DNA from: a virus
Taxonomy: Duplodnaviria; Caudoviricetes
Virus record (IMG/VR): IMGVR_UViG_3300049173_000085
Location: 1 to 27,349 of that record
DNA: 27,349 bases
Reading direction: 5' to 3' (one strand)
Below the pieces are notes generated by a model. That model was given only the letters and a program-made list of their open reading frames with translations. It was not told the DNA's origin and searched no databases. Position 1 is the stretch's first letter, and every line of letters starts with the position of its first letter. Positions 1-8,456 of this stretch are shown here, in pieces. The translations under genes were made by a program, and so were the position numbers.

Positions 1-128
1 GCTTCGACCCCACCCCCTACACCGTCGCCGACACCTCGTTCGGAGGGGGCGACAGCTCCCCGTCGTCGAGCTGCCACGACTCGGGCAGCTCCAGCAGCTC
101 GCCGAGTTGCGACAGCGGCGGCTACTGA
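1..128 (+). CDS. 3' end of a convergent gene with a Ser/Gly-rich C-terminus (partial)
   Basis: Frame from nt 3 reads FDPTPYTVADTSFGGGDSSPSSSCHDSGSSSSSPSCDSGGY*, TGA at 126-128; GC-rich third positions; followed by a hairpin. Confidence 0.6.
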   Translation, partial: FDPTPYTVADTSFGGGDSSPSSSCHDSGSSSSSPSCDSGGY

Positions 129-142
129 CCGGCCGCATGGGA

Positions 143-174
143 AGAGGCCCCGGGACCAGCGTGCCGGGGCCTCT
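143..174. terminator. Probable bidirectional intrinsic terminator
   Basis: Perfect 11-bp inverted repeat AGAGGCCCCGG-N10-CCGGGGCCTCT between convergent stop codons (128 and 234). Confidence 0.7.
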
Positions 175-233
175 CCAAGGTCCAGACCCACCCAGGTCAG
201 ACCGCGCACTTCAACTATCGCACCTGCCTGCGA

Positions 234-611
234 TCACCTGCCGATGCGCAACGCCCTGGCCAGGAAGTTGTTCGGCCTGGTCCCGGGGTGCCTGGCGTAC
301 GCGGCGAACACGACCTGTCCCCCGGCGTCGAACCTGAGAGCTTTCGCCCGGCGCGGCCGGATGATGTGCGGCCGGGTGCCGTCGAGGACGAACCGGGTCG
401 CCGGGTGGTCGCAGGTGATGACCCCCTGGAGGCCGCTCGGCCCCTCCTCGATGTGCCAGTCCACGAACTGGCCCATCCGGCCGGGCGCCTCGTTGCGGGC
501 GATGTCCGCCACCCTCGCGGTCTTGCGGGCCAGGCGCCGTTCGACGATCCCGCCGCGCAGCCGCAGGAACCGCGACAGCCTGCCCTGGTCGAGCCGTACC
601 TCCACGCTCAC
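234..611 (-). CDS. HK97 gp10-like neck/tail-completion protein, 125 aa
   Basis: GTG at 611 overlaps upstream stop (GTGA), SD GAAGGAG; motifs GTRPHIIRPRRAKALRF and HPGTRPNNFLARAL typical of this family; position after adaptor/terminator. Confidence 0.7.
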   Translation of the reverse strand: MSVEVRLDQGRLSRFLRLRGGIVERRLARKTARVADIARNEAPGRMGQFVDWHIEEGPSGLQGVITCDHPATRFVLDGTRPHIIRPRRAKALRFDAGGQVVFAAYARHPGTRPNNFLARALRIGR

Positions 612-1189
612 GACGTTTCTCCTTCCGGGCAGCGGCAGGACGGCAGGGAGACGGTGAGCCGCTGTTCGATGCCCACGCACTGGCCCTCCGGCCCCACGGG
701 GCGCTGCTGGCCCAGGACGAACTTCTGACCGCGCCGGGCATCGCTCGTCCCTGGGAAGCAGCACTGGAGGGCGTTCCACACCGACGTCGCGTCCACGGCG
801 AGGATCCGCGCGGCCTCGGCCAGCTCCTCGCAGGTGGGCGGACAGCCCTGCTGGTCGTACGTCGGCGCGCACCGCAGCAGCGTGATGACGTACTCGGCGG
901 CGGGTGTGACCGGCAGACAGTTTCGGCTGCCCAGGACGTCACGGGTCTCCACGGGGAAGTTCGACGTCGCCACCATGCCGGCGTAGTGCACGGTGAGCTG
1001 GCCGGGCGTCTCGGCGCGCACGCAGTCGCCCGCGCAGTCGTCCCAGGCCGGGGTGCCCGGGACAACGCACGACCGGCACGGGCATCCCGGCTGCCCCTCC
1101 ACACGGGCGGCCGTGAGTGTCAGCTCCGCGCACACACAACTCAGGAGCAGCTCGGCGGTCTCGTGGATCACGAGCGGGTTCAGGGCCAC
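608..1189 (-). CDS. Putative tail terminator / neck protein, Cys-rich, 193 aa
   Basis: Overlaps both neighbours; position after head-to-tail adaptor; C-terminal GPEGQCVG motif; 16 Cys. Confidence 0.55.
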   Translation of the reverse strand: MALNPLVIHETAELLLSCVCAELTLTAARVEGQPGCPCRSCVVPGTPAWDDCAGDCVRAETPGQLTVHYAGMVATSNFPVETRDVLGSRNCLPVTPAAEYVITLLRCAPTYDQQGCPPTCEELAEAARILAVDATSVWNALQCCFPGTSDARRGQKFVLGQQRPVGPEGQCVGIEQRLTVSLPSCRCPEGETS

Positions 1190-1986
1190 TGCTGCACCCT
1201 CGGCTGCCGGAAGTCGGGGCTGTAGACACGGGAGGGGCTGGTGAGGCGGTAGGGGTTAACGACGCTCAGCCACAGGTCGACGAGCGGCAGGCCGGTGCGG
1301 CCCTCGCTGTAGATGAGCGTCGGGTCCGCGAGCTCCATCTCCACGCCCTGGCGGACCAGCCTGGTCAGGTTGCGGTTCGCCTTGCAGCCGCACGTGCCGC
1401 TGCCGCCGCACCCCCGGAGCAGGTGGCAGGTCAGCTCGGACACCGCGGCGACGGCGGCCTCGTCGACCGGCAGGCCGATCCGGTACGTCACGGTGAACGT
1501 GCCGGGCTCGCCGGGCGCGGCGGCCATGTCCTGGCAGTCCGGCCAGCAGCCGCCGCCGACCCGCACCAGCCGGCCGGCCGCGTCCACCCGGTACTGCTCC
1601 GGGGCCAGGACCTGGCCGTCGATGTCCACCTCGGTGATGTCGTAGACCGGGCCCGGCAGGTAGACCTCGCACAGCTCGCCGCACGAGCAGTCCGACTTGC
1701 AGCCGCACACCGACGCGTTGCGCCACAGGCCATCGGTTCCGATGTACGGAATCCACGGGCCGGTGCCGCCGCCGTACTGGAAGCTGATGAACGGCGACGA
1801 CTCCAGACAGGCTCGCCTGCATGGGCGCACCGTGACCGGGCACGGCCCGATGCGGCGCCCGGACAGCGCCCACAGGATCTGTGACGCCACCAGCGTCCAC
1901 CGGTCCAGGTCCTCCTGCTCGACGTTCTCGACGTCGCAGCACAGCTCGGTCGGCCACGCCTCGCAGGGGCCTGTCTCGATGGCCAT
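1180..1986 (-). CDS. Head-to-tail adaptor, 268 aa
   Basis: N-terminal PCxxWP, LWALSGRR, LPGPV..ITEVDIDG, RQGV and TGLPLVDLWLSVVNP motifs as recalled for cluster-B-like actinophage adaptors; TGATG coupling. Confidence 0.7.
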   Translation of the reverse strand: MAIETGPCEAWPTELCCDVENVEQEDLDRWTLVASQILWALSGRRIGPCPVTVRPCRRACLESSPFISFQYGGGTGPWIPYIGTDGLWRNASVCGCKSDCSCGELCEVYLPGPVYDITEVDIDGQVLAPEQYRVDAAGRLVRVGGGCWPDCQDMAAAPGEPGTFTVTYRIGLPVDEAAVAAVSELTCHLLRGCGGSGTCGCKANRNLTRLVRQGVEMELADPTLIYSEGRTGLPLVDLWLSVVNPYRLTSPSRVYSPDFRQPRVQQWP

Positions 1987-2687
1987 CAGCGCCTCCGCAG
2001 CTCGTAATCCGACGGCGTGGGGAAGTGGGAGCGGATGACGCGGCCGACCTCGCCGTGCGCGAACGAGTCCGGCATCGTCGAGAGGAACGGCGACCGGTCG
2101 AAGCGCGGCCCGCGGTGCATCACCTTCACGTCTTGGATCCGCTCCCCGCCGATCTCGTTGAGGACGCCGTACGCCGTCCGCTTGTGCAGCACGGCCAGGT
2201 GCCGGCCCGCGTCCAGCGCCTTCAGCATCCCGGCCTTGGTCACCGGCAGCGGCACGTGCAGCTCGTACGACAGGGGGTCCGTGAACCCCTGGTCGACGAG
2301 GAGGTCACGGGTCTCCCGCATCCCCCGCAGGTACATGCCGGAGGCGCGGGCCGCGTAGTACGCCTCCACCTCCCGCACGGGCCCGCGATGAAGCACCGGC
2401 ATGGCGTCGAGCCGCTCCATGACGAACATGTCGTCGTTGGCGAACAGGAACGTCTCGCTGATCTCCGGGTGTTCGCAGGCAGCCCGCATCGCCACGGTGG
2501 TGTTCTGGTACTTCGTGCCCGTCTGCCGTGTGGGGATGTGCCGGACCCCGCCCAGCCATGCCGGCTTGTAGCCGACGATCCACAGGTGCCGATGCGGGAG
2601 GTTCGCCAGCCAGCTCCTCAGCGCGTAGCGGAGTTGCTGGTTGGCGGGGGTCTCCCGCAGCGGCACGACCAGGTCGAGGTCCGTCAC
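1986..2687 (-). CDS. Stealth-family-like hexose-1-phosphate (phosphoglycosyl) transferase, 233 aa
   Basis: GTG at 2687 just after tail-tube stop; LRYALRS and FLFANDDMF match Stealth CR2, ELHVPLP matches the CR3 HxPxP motif. Confidence 0.65.
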   Translation of the reverse strand: MTDLDLVVPLRETPANQQLRYALRSWLANLPHRHLWIVGYKPAWLGGVRHIPTRQTGTKYQNTTVAMRAACEHPEISETFLFANDDMFVMERLDAMPVLHRGPVREVEAYYAARASGMYLRGMRETRDLLVDQGFTDPLSYELHVPLPVTKAGMLKALDAGRHLAVLHKRTAYGVLNEIGGERIQDVKVMHRGPRFDRSPFLSTMPDSFAHGEVGRVIRSHFPTPSDYELRRR

Positions 2688-2689
2688 GG

Positions 2690-3391
2690 TCAGGACGCCA
2701 GGCAGAGATCGCCCGCGACCGGCGTGTAGGCGCAGACGGCCTCGGGCGGCGGCACGGAGGTGAGGAAGTAGCGCCGGTGGCAATTCGCGCCCACCGGGGT
2801 GAGCATCGGGCCCGCGGTACCGGCCGCGTCGATCGGCAGGACGTCGTACGGGCCGACGCCCCAGCCACCGCCGGACCGGGTGGCGCCAGTGAGCTGGAGG
2901 GTGACCGCCTCGCTGCCGATCTCCAGGTCGCCGAGCATCCCGTTGCTGACCCACGGCAGCAGGTAGTACAGCCAGGCCCCGCCGGTGCCCTCAGCCTCAC
3001 AGACGTCCTCGCCCAGGGCCTCCGCCCAGAATTCGAGGGCGAAACCACTGCGGCACTGCACCGAGCAGTCGTCGTAGCCGATCGGTTCACCGTCGAACCC
3101 GTACACCACCGGATTGCCCGTGGTGATCTCGATGAATTCTGGCGACACGGAGAAAAAATTGACCTCCACGTCGTAACCGTTGAACGTTGGACAACCGCGC
3201 TTGAAGCCACACTGGCGGCCATTCGCGGCGCGGTAGTTGACGTCGTCACCCTCGTCGACGTTGGGGTTCATCGCGATGGACGCCAGACAGTCGAAGGTGA
3301 ACCCGTTGTCTTCGCCGCAGACAGGGCGACCGCAGGCATCGAGCCTGGTAACCCGGACGGTGTCCAGGTTGCTGATCAGGGGACATGGCAT
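2690..3391 (-). CDS. Major tail (tube) protein, 233 aa
   Basis: ATG at 3391 with SD GGGAGG; VRVTRLDACGRP, FALEFW, YYLLPW and WGVGPYDV motifs of cluster-B-like siphophage tail tube proteins. Confidence 0.8.
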   Translation of the reverse strand: MPCPLISNLDTVRVTRLDACGRPVCGEDNGFTFDCLASIAMNPNVDEGDDVNYRAANGRQCGFKRGCPTFNGYDVEVNFFSVSPEFIEITTGNPVVYGFDGEPIGYDDCSVQCRSGFALEFWAEALGEDVCEAEGTGGAWLYYLLPWVSNGMLGDLEIGSEAVTLQLTGATRSGGGWGVGPYDVLPIDAAGTAGPMLTPVGANCHRRYFLTSVPPPEAVCAYTPVAGDLCLAS

Positions 3392-3419
3392 GGCCAAGAC
3401 CTCCCGGTAGATCAGGAGG

Positions 3420-3455
3420 CCCGGCCCAAAACCAGCGGCGCTTTGACCCAGCATA
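3420..3455 (-). promoter_or_regulatory. Putative late promoter (-10 TATGCT) plus conserved leader motif, copy 1
   Basis: TATGCT at 3455-3450, then 11 nt, then CCGCTGGTTTTGGGCCGGG (3438-3420). Confidence 0.65.
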
Positions 3456-3495
3456 ACTAGGACAAAGCGTCACAATGCGGCGTGCTTACGGGCGA

Positions 3496-5466
3496 TCAGG
3501 TGTCGATGAGCTCCTGGACCAGGCCGGTCCACAGCTTCAGTTCGTCGCGGGTCTGGTCCGCGAGGGCGGCGCTGCGCTCCAGCGCGGCTGCGGTCGCCCC
3601 CGCGCGGCGGTCACCGTTGCGGTACAGGTCGCGGATCGTGCTTCCCCAAGCCCGGTAGTCCGCCCTGTCGATAAACGTTCCCGCGTCGCCGAGCGCTTCG
3701 CGCAGTCCCGGCGTGGGGTGGGCAATGACGGGGATGCCGGACGCCAAGGCCTCGACAGCGGCCATGCCGTACGACTCGTAGACGCTCGGCACCATCAGCA
3801 CCCGTGTGCGCGCCCACACGTCCCGCCGCATGTCCGACGTCTGGCGGACGATCCGCATGTTCGGCTGCGTGACCCGGGTGATCTGCTCGCCGTGCGCGCC
3901 CGTTACGCCGAGGAACGGCAGCTCGCGGCGCATCCCAGCAGCGGCCTGCCAGGTTTCCACGCCCTTGTGCCGGTTCAAGTTGACCAGCGTCACGTGCGTA
4001 CCCGGGCGCGCCCGGTGCTCCTCGGGAATGACCGGCGGATGAACGACCAAAGAGCGCGGCCGGGCTACTTCGGCCGGGTAGCGGCCGGCGAGCGACTCCG
4101 CGACCCAGCGGGTGTTGTAGACGGCCAAGTCCGGGCCGAGGGCGAGGGCGCGGGCTGTGACGTCGAAGTCGTTGTGTACCAGCAGCACGGACCGCGCGCC
4201 GGTCTCGTGGGACAGGGTGATCGCCCGCTCGGCGAAGTCGTGGTGCGTGATGACCGTCTTCGGCCGCACGGTGCGCAGCAGCGCCTGGGCATCGTGCGGG
4301 GCCAGGGCCCGGTATGGGACTTCGTCAACCTCCCAAGCAGTGGGCGCTTTGGGCATGGCGGAGCAGATGACCAGCACAGCGAGGCCAGCGCCCTGGAGCG
4401 CCCGCATCATCGTGTGGAGCATCGTCTCCGATCCGGCCCGCCGGTACGGCACGCCGAAGTGGACCCATGCGATCGCGTCAGCCTCCCGTACGGGCGGAGC
4501 GGGCGCGGGACGACGCTTCGGCCTGCCAGCTCCTGGACGGCCTCTTGCCAGGCTGCCGCAAGCCTCCGTGAACGCGCGCAGGTTGCCCGCGTGGTCCAGC
4601 GTCTCGGCCTGGGCCAGGGCCGCCGTCGACGCCGCCGCGTAGGCGACGGGATCGGACAGGCGACGAATCTCGGCGATCCAGCCGTCCACGTCCTCGCGCG
4701 GCACGTACGAGGCGGCTGCGCCGAATGCCTCCCGCATGCTGGGCAGCGGGGAGGCGATGACGGGGATCCCCGACACCATGGCCTCGAGTCCGGCCCGCCC
4801 GTAGGACTCGGTCGTCGACGGCATCAGCAGCAGCCGCGTGCGCTCGTACAGGGCGCGCGGGTCCATCCGGTCGACAGTCTCGACGTTGGGCAGCTCCACG
4901 GCGCTGGGATAGCCGTAGCTGCGCACGAGGAGGAACCGTTCCTCGGGCATGCGCGCGGCGACGGCCGCAAGGACATCGGCGCCTTTCTCGGGGGCCGTGC
5001 CGTTCATGCTGATGAGCCGGCCGGGCGTGGTGCGGTACCGCTCCGGGGCGATCGGAGGAGACAGCACGAGGGTCCGGCCCCGGTAGTCGCTGTAGTGATC
5101 GCGGCACGCGTTCGAGGGGAACCAGGCGAGCGCTGGCGTCCCGAGCCGCCGTCGCGCTGACATGCCGTGCACCATCAGCAGATGCGGCACCCCGCGCAGG
5201 TGCTGCATCATCTGCGGGGCCCGACGGTCGCCGTGATGCGAGACCGCCAGCTCGGGCCGAACCTTGAGGAAGGCGCGCCACCAGTCCCCTTGCGGCCATA
5301 CCCGGATGCCGTCCTCCACCCGAACTGTGCCAGGCTCACGGCGCGTCAGGACAACGTCCACCGTGTGCCCCGCCGCCACCAGGCCAAGGGCGTACTCCCG
5401 GCTCGTGATGAAGGCCCCCGTCGGCGCCGTCCGCCCGTAGTACGGCAGGAGGAACAGGATGCGCAC
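3496..5466 (-). CDS. Tandem double GT4 (GT-B) glycosyltransferase, 656 aa
   Basis: GTG at 5466 with SD AGGAG; two EX7E signatures: PSTTESYGRAGLEAMVSGIPVI and PSVYESYGMAAVEALASGIPVI. Confidence 0.85.
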   Translation of the reverse strand: MRILFLLPYYGRTAPTGAFITSREYALGLVAAGHTVDVVLTRREPGTVRVEDGIRVWPQGDWWRAFLKVRPELAVSHHGDRRAPQMMQHLRGVPHLLMVHGMSARRRLGTPALAWFPSNACRDHYSDYRGRTLVLSPPIAPERYRTTPGRLISMNGTAPEKGADVLAAVAARMPEERFLLVRSYGYPSAVELPNVETVDRMDPRALYERTRLLLMPSTTESYGRAGLEAMVSGIPVIASPLPSMREAFGAAASYVPREDVDGWIAEIRRLSDPVAYAAASTAALAQAETLDHAGNLRAFTEACGSLARGRPGAGRPKRRPAPAPPVREADAIAWVHFGVPYRRAGSETMLHTMMRALQGAGLAVLVICSAMPKAPTAWEVDEVPYRALAPHDAQALLRTVRPKTVITHHDFAERAITLSHETGARSVLLVHNDFDVTARALALGPDLAVYNTRWVAESLAGRYPAEVARPRSLVVHPPVIPEEHRARPGTHVTLVNLNRHKGVETWQAAAGMRRELPFLGVTGAHGEQITRVTQPNMRIVRQTSDMRRDVWARTRVLMVPSVYESYGMAAVEALASGIPVIAHPTPGLREALGDAGTFIDRADYRAWGSTIRDLYRNGDRRAGATAAALERSAALADQTRDELKLWTGLVQELIDT

Positions 5467-5473
5467 GCTGCTC

Positions 5474-5638
5474 CTACTCCTGGTTCTCTTCTGCTGGGGC
5501 GGGCACGACGATGATTCCGGCGGCCTCGTTGAACTCGGCCTCCGTGACTTCGCGGTAGCCGTCCGGGACGACCCCGAACACCTCCGCGTCACCGCTGAGC
5601 GAGATCCACCCGCCGGATTCGTTCACGAAGTAGCGCAT
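5474..5638 (-). CDS. Small acidic protein, putative fibre-assembly chaperone, 54 aa (absent from ORF track)
   Basis: SD AGGAG; MRYFVNESGGWISLSGDAEVFGVVPDGYREVTEAEFNEAAGIIVVPAPAEENQE*; fills the gap between genes; paralogous to 6733-7029 and 11909-12121. Confidence 0.7.
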   Translation of the reverse strand: MRYFVNESGGWISLSGDAEVFGVVPDGYREVTEAEFNEAAGIIVVPAPAEENQE

Positions 5639-5648
5639 GGCCAGGCTC

Positions 5649-6701
5649 CTACCGGGTGATGGCGATCAGGTCGGTGTCGGTGATCCACTGCTGGAACGTG
5701 ACGCTGCCCGCAATGACGCGCACCGCCGGGTAGACGCGCACCGCGTAGCCGGTATGCGGGGGAAGCACGGCCGCCTGAGAGACACCGAAGCTGTACCTCT
5801 CGCGGCGTGCGGGGCCGTTGACGTAGACGCCGTGCAGTACCCGAACCCCGAGGGCGCCGCCGTTGATCTGCACGGCGTAGCCCAGCTCCCACTGGGCGTT
5901 CGCCGGCCAGGTGAGTTCAACGTGGCCGGTGAACCGGGTCGAGAAGCTGATGCCACGGCACGCGCTCAAGGTGTCGGCGGTGTACGTGCCCTCCGACCAG
6001 GCGTTCGTGTCGACGAGGACGAACCCGGAGGTGACGTTGACGGTGGGCGTGCCGAGCGGGTGGTTCTGCTGGAGAGTGACGGCCGCCGACGTGTGCTCGG
6101 GCGGAGTCCACAGCGCGCCCGTGTCCGGGTCGCAGTGCAGGGTGCTGTTCGCTGCCGGGTCGCAGGTCCAGTCCGTGGTCCACGCGCGGTCTGCCGCGAT
6201 CGGGAATGCCGCGAGCGGCGCCCCGGCGGAGCCGTCGCCCTGGAGGCCACAGCCGATCTCCAGCGGCGCGTCGGGCGGAACAAACAGCCCGCCGTCCGTA
6301 CCGAACGAGACCTGGTTGCCCGCGTCCGTCGACAGCCGCGCCTCGACCTCGCCGGTGCCCGCGTCGTACGCCGCGCCGTCGCCGGCCGTGATGCACGAGC
6401 GGACGTCGGCGCACTCGACGTAGAGCCCGTCCGGCCCCTCGTGGACCAGGTTGCTGCCACCGCCGGGCGGGCTGGGGTCGAGGATGACGTCCGTGCTGAT
6501 GACGTACGGGTCACCGGCGCTGCCGGTGCCGCTGACGGTGTTGTCCGCTGTGGGGGTGTCGCCGGCCTGGACGGCGGTCGTTGCGCCACCGCCGCCGCTG
6601 ATGACGTAGGGGGCACCGGACGAGCCGTTGCCCTCGACGGTGATGCCGGGGCCGGCGACGACGCGGCAGGTGCAGCGCGGTGCGCCGCAGCAGTTGGCCA
6701 T
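5649..6701 (-). CDS. Cys-rich fibre-like virion protein, paralog B, 350 aa
   Basis: MANCCG start; VxGxGSxGxPYxIS and GNxVxxGxDGGLFV fibre-type repeats; beta-rich C-terminal domain. Confidence 0.6.
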   Translation of the reverse strand: MANCCGAPRCTCRVVAGPGITVEGNGSSGAPYVISGGGGATTAVQAGDTPTADNTVSGTGSAGDPYVISTDVILDPSPPGGGSNLVHEGPDGLYVECADVRSCITAGDGAAYDAGTGEVEARLSTDAGNQVSFGTDGGLFVPPDAPLEIGCGLQGDGSAGAPLAAFPIAADRAWTTDWTCDPAANSTLHCDPDTGALWTPPEHTSAAVTLQQNHPLGTPTVNVTSGFVLVDTNAWSEGTYTADTLSACRGISFSTRFTGHVELTWPANAQWELGYAVQINGGALGVRVLHGVYVNGPARRERYSFGVSQAAVLPPHTGYAVRVYPAVRVIAGSVTFQQWITDTDLIAITR

Positions 6702-6732
6702 GAGGAGGCTCCGTCTCGTGAAAGTGGAACTG

Positions 6733-7029
6733 TCAGGCGCCGCTGTCCGGGCCCATGTAGCCGGTCAGGCGGCGCGTGGTCGCCTCCGGGACGCCGAGCG
6801 CCCGCAGCGCCTCGTAGTCGGCCTGCTGGTTCGCCTCGGTCTCCTGGGTGAGCTGCTGGGTGTGGGCCTGCCGCTGCTCCTGGACGTCGGCGAGGGCGTC
6901 GGCGTACTCGGCTTCGGTGAGCGCCGTGGCCCCCTCGGGGAGCGGCGGCGCCTCCGCGTGGTCACCGGTCACCGTCCGGGACGCCAGGGCCCCGCCAGCA
7001 GTCCGGTAGTACAGGGATGCGTCTGCCAT
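6733..7029 (-). CDS. Putative fibre-assembly chaperone, 98 aa
   Basis: SD AAGGAG; LPEGATALTEAEY resembles the Tfa-type PxxAxE(I/L)(T/S)EEEY motif; directly follows a fibre-like gene. Confidence 0.5.
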   Translation of the reverse strand: MADASLYYRTAGGALASRTVTGDHAEAPPLPEGATALTEAEYADALADVQEQRQAHTQQLTQETEANQQADYEALRALGVPEATTRRLTGYMGPDSGA

Positions 7030-7042
7030 GGAACGGCGCTCC

Positions 7043-8059
7043 TTACAGGACGATCACGAAGGCGCGGAGGAAGCTCTGGACGCGGTTGTACGTCGCGCCT
7101 CCGCTGCCGCGGCCCATGCGGATGGACAGGGTGAAGTTCAGGCTTCCGCCTGCGGGGATGGTGCCGCCTGCGACGACCTTGGTGGCCTGCGCGTGGGTGT
7201 CGAGGATGGCCGTCGTGCCGCTGTTGCGCAGGTACCAGGTCTCGTCTGTGGCGATGCCGAGCGCGGCCCCTGCTCCTGCCGGGAGGTTGAAGTCGGCGTC
7301 GACCTCGCCCTCCATGAGGAGGAACGCGGGACGGCAAGCGTCCGGGTTGTTGACCGTCATGGTGTGCGTTGCGACCTCGGTGTCCTGCGCAGCAGGTACA
7401 GCCACGTCGGCGAAGTCGAGGACCTGCTGATCCTGTTGGTGGGTGATCTGGCCGCGCGGTTCGGAACGGAGCTGCCCGCTGCTGTCGCAGTACACCCCGC
7501 CCGCGTTGGCGTCCACGTCGCACGGGTACGGCCAGGTCCCCACCATCGCAGTCAGTGGCGCCCCAGCGCTGCCGTCGCCGGTCAGGCCGCACCCCGTCCC
7601 GGGCGGCGTCGCGCTCACCTCGTACGGATCGGCCGCCGATCCGGTGCCCGTGACGGTCACACCCGGGCCGGCCTCCACGACCGTGCCCTCAGCGGCGATC
7701 GTGCCGGTGGTCTCGTCGTAGGTGACGCCGTCCCCCGCCGTGAGGCAGGTGCGGACCTGCGCACACTCCAGGAACAGCCCGTCAGGGCCTTCCTGGATGA
7801 GGTTGCCGCCGCCACCGGGCGGGGCCGGGTCGAGAATGACTTCCGAGCTGACGATGTACGGGTCACCCGCCGCACCGGTACCGGTGACGGTGGTATCCAC
7901 AGTGGTGGTGTCGCCGGCCTGAACGACGGTCGTGCCGCCCGAGCCGCTGTCACCGCTGATGACGTAGGGGGCCCCCGACGAGCCGTTGCCTTCAACGGTG
8001 ATGCCGGGGCCGGCGATGACGCGGCAGGTGCAGCGTTCCGCGCCGCAGCAGTTAGCCAT
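7043..8059 (-). CDS. Cys-rich fibre-like virion protein, paralog A, 338 aa
   Basis: ATG at 8059 (MANCCGAERCTCRV), SD GGAG; N-terminal ~115 aa nearly identical to 5649-6701. Confidence 0.6.
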   Translation of the reverse strand: MANCCGAERCTCRVIAGPGITVEGNGSSGAPYVISGDSGSGGTTVVQAGDTTTVDTTVTGTGAAGDPYIVSSEVILDPAPPGGGGNLIQEGPDGLFLECAQVRTCLTAGDGVTYDETTGTIAAEGTVVEAGPGVTVTGTGSAADPYEVSATPPGTGCGLTGDGSAGAPLTAMVGTWPYPCDVDANAGGVYCDSSGQLRSEPRGQITHQQDQQVLDFADVAVPAAQDTEVATHTMTVNNPDACRPAFLLMEGEVDADFNLPAGAGAALGIATDETWYLRNSGTTAILDTHAQATKVVAGGTIPAGGSLNFTLSIRMGRGSGGATYNRVQSFLRAFVIVL

Positions 8060-8092
8060 GAGGGGGCTCCGTCTCGTGGAGAGGTGGAGTCG

Positions 8093-8127
8093 CCCGGCCC
8101 ACAACCAGCGGCGTCACGTCGAGTCTA
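8093..8127 (-). promoter_or_regulatory. Putative late promoter (-10 TAGACT) plus conserved leader motif, copy 2
   Basis: TAGACT at 8127-8122, then 10 nt, then CCGCTGGTTGTGGGCCGGG (8111-8093). Confidence 0.6.
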
Positions 8128-8141
8128 GGCAGCGGCGCCCG

Positions 8142-8447
8142 CTACGGGGCGACGGCTTGCGCGTGCACGGTGACCCCGGCGGCCGGGGCCCCGGCCGCGA
8201 GGACCCCGATGCCGAGGAGGGTCACGCCCGCGGACGCGAGGACGTTGACCGTGGTCGACGTCGCCGAGTTCGCGGCGATCGAGTGCGAGCGGAACGCGCT
8301 CCCGCCCTGGAGTCCGATGGTCACGACCGGGGGTGCGGAGAACGCCCCGGCCGGCCAGTTGAAGACGACGTTCCCGGAGCCGTCGGTCACCCCGGTCGCA
8401 CGCTCGACGCGCGGCGAGGGTGGCGTGTAGGTGCCGTGTGTGGGCAT
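8142..8447 (-). CDS. Small beta-rich protein, H-type-lectin/gp53-like fold possible, 101 aa
   Basis: In operon order; VVFNWPAGAFSAPPVVTIG resembles the VxFxxxFxxPPxV motif of fibre-tip domains. Confidence 0.5.
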   Translation of the reverse strand: MPTHGTYTPPSPRVERATGVTDGSGNVVFNWPAGAFSAPPVVTIGLQGGSAFRSHSIAANSATSTTVNVLASAGVTLLGIGVLAAGAPAAGVTVHAQAVAP

Positions 8448-8456
8448 CGGCCGCGT

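Noticed and set aside
234-3391. Contractile injection system or tailocin
   Set aside because: No sheath or baseplate genes seen; capsid, protease and MuF genes are present and the tube is siphophage-like
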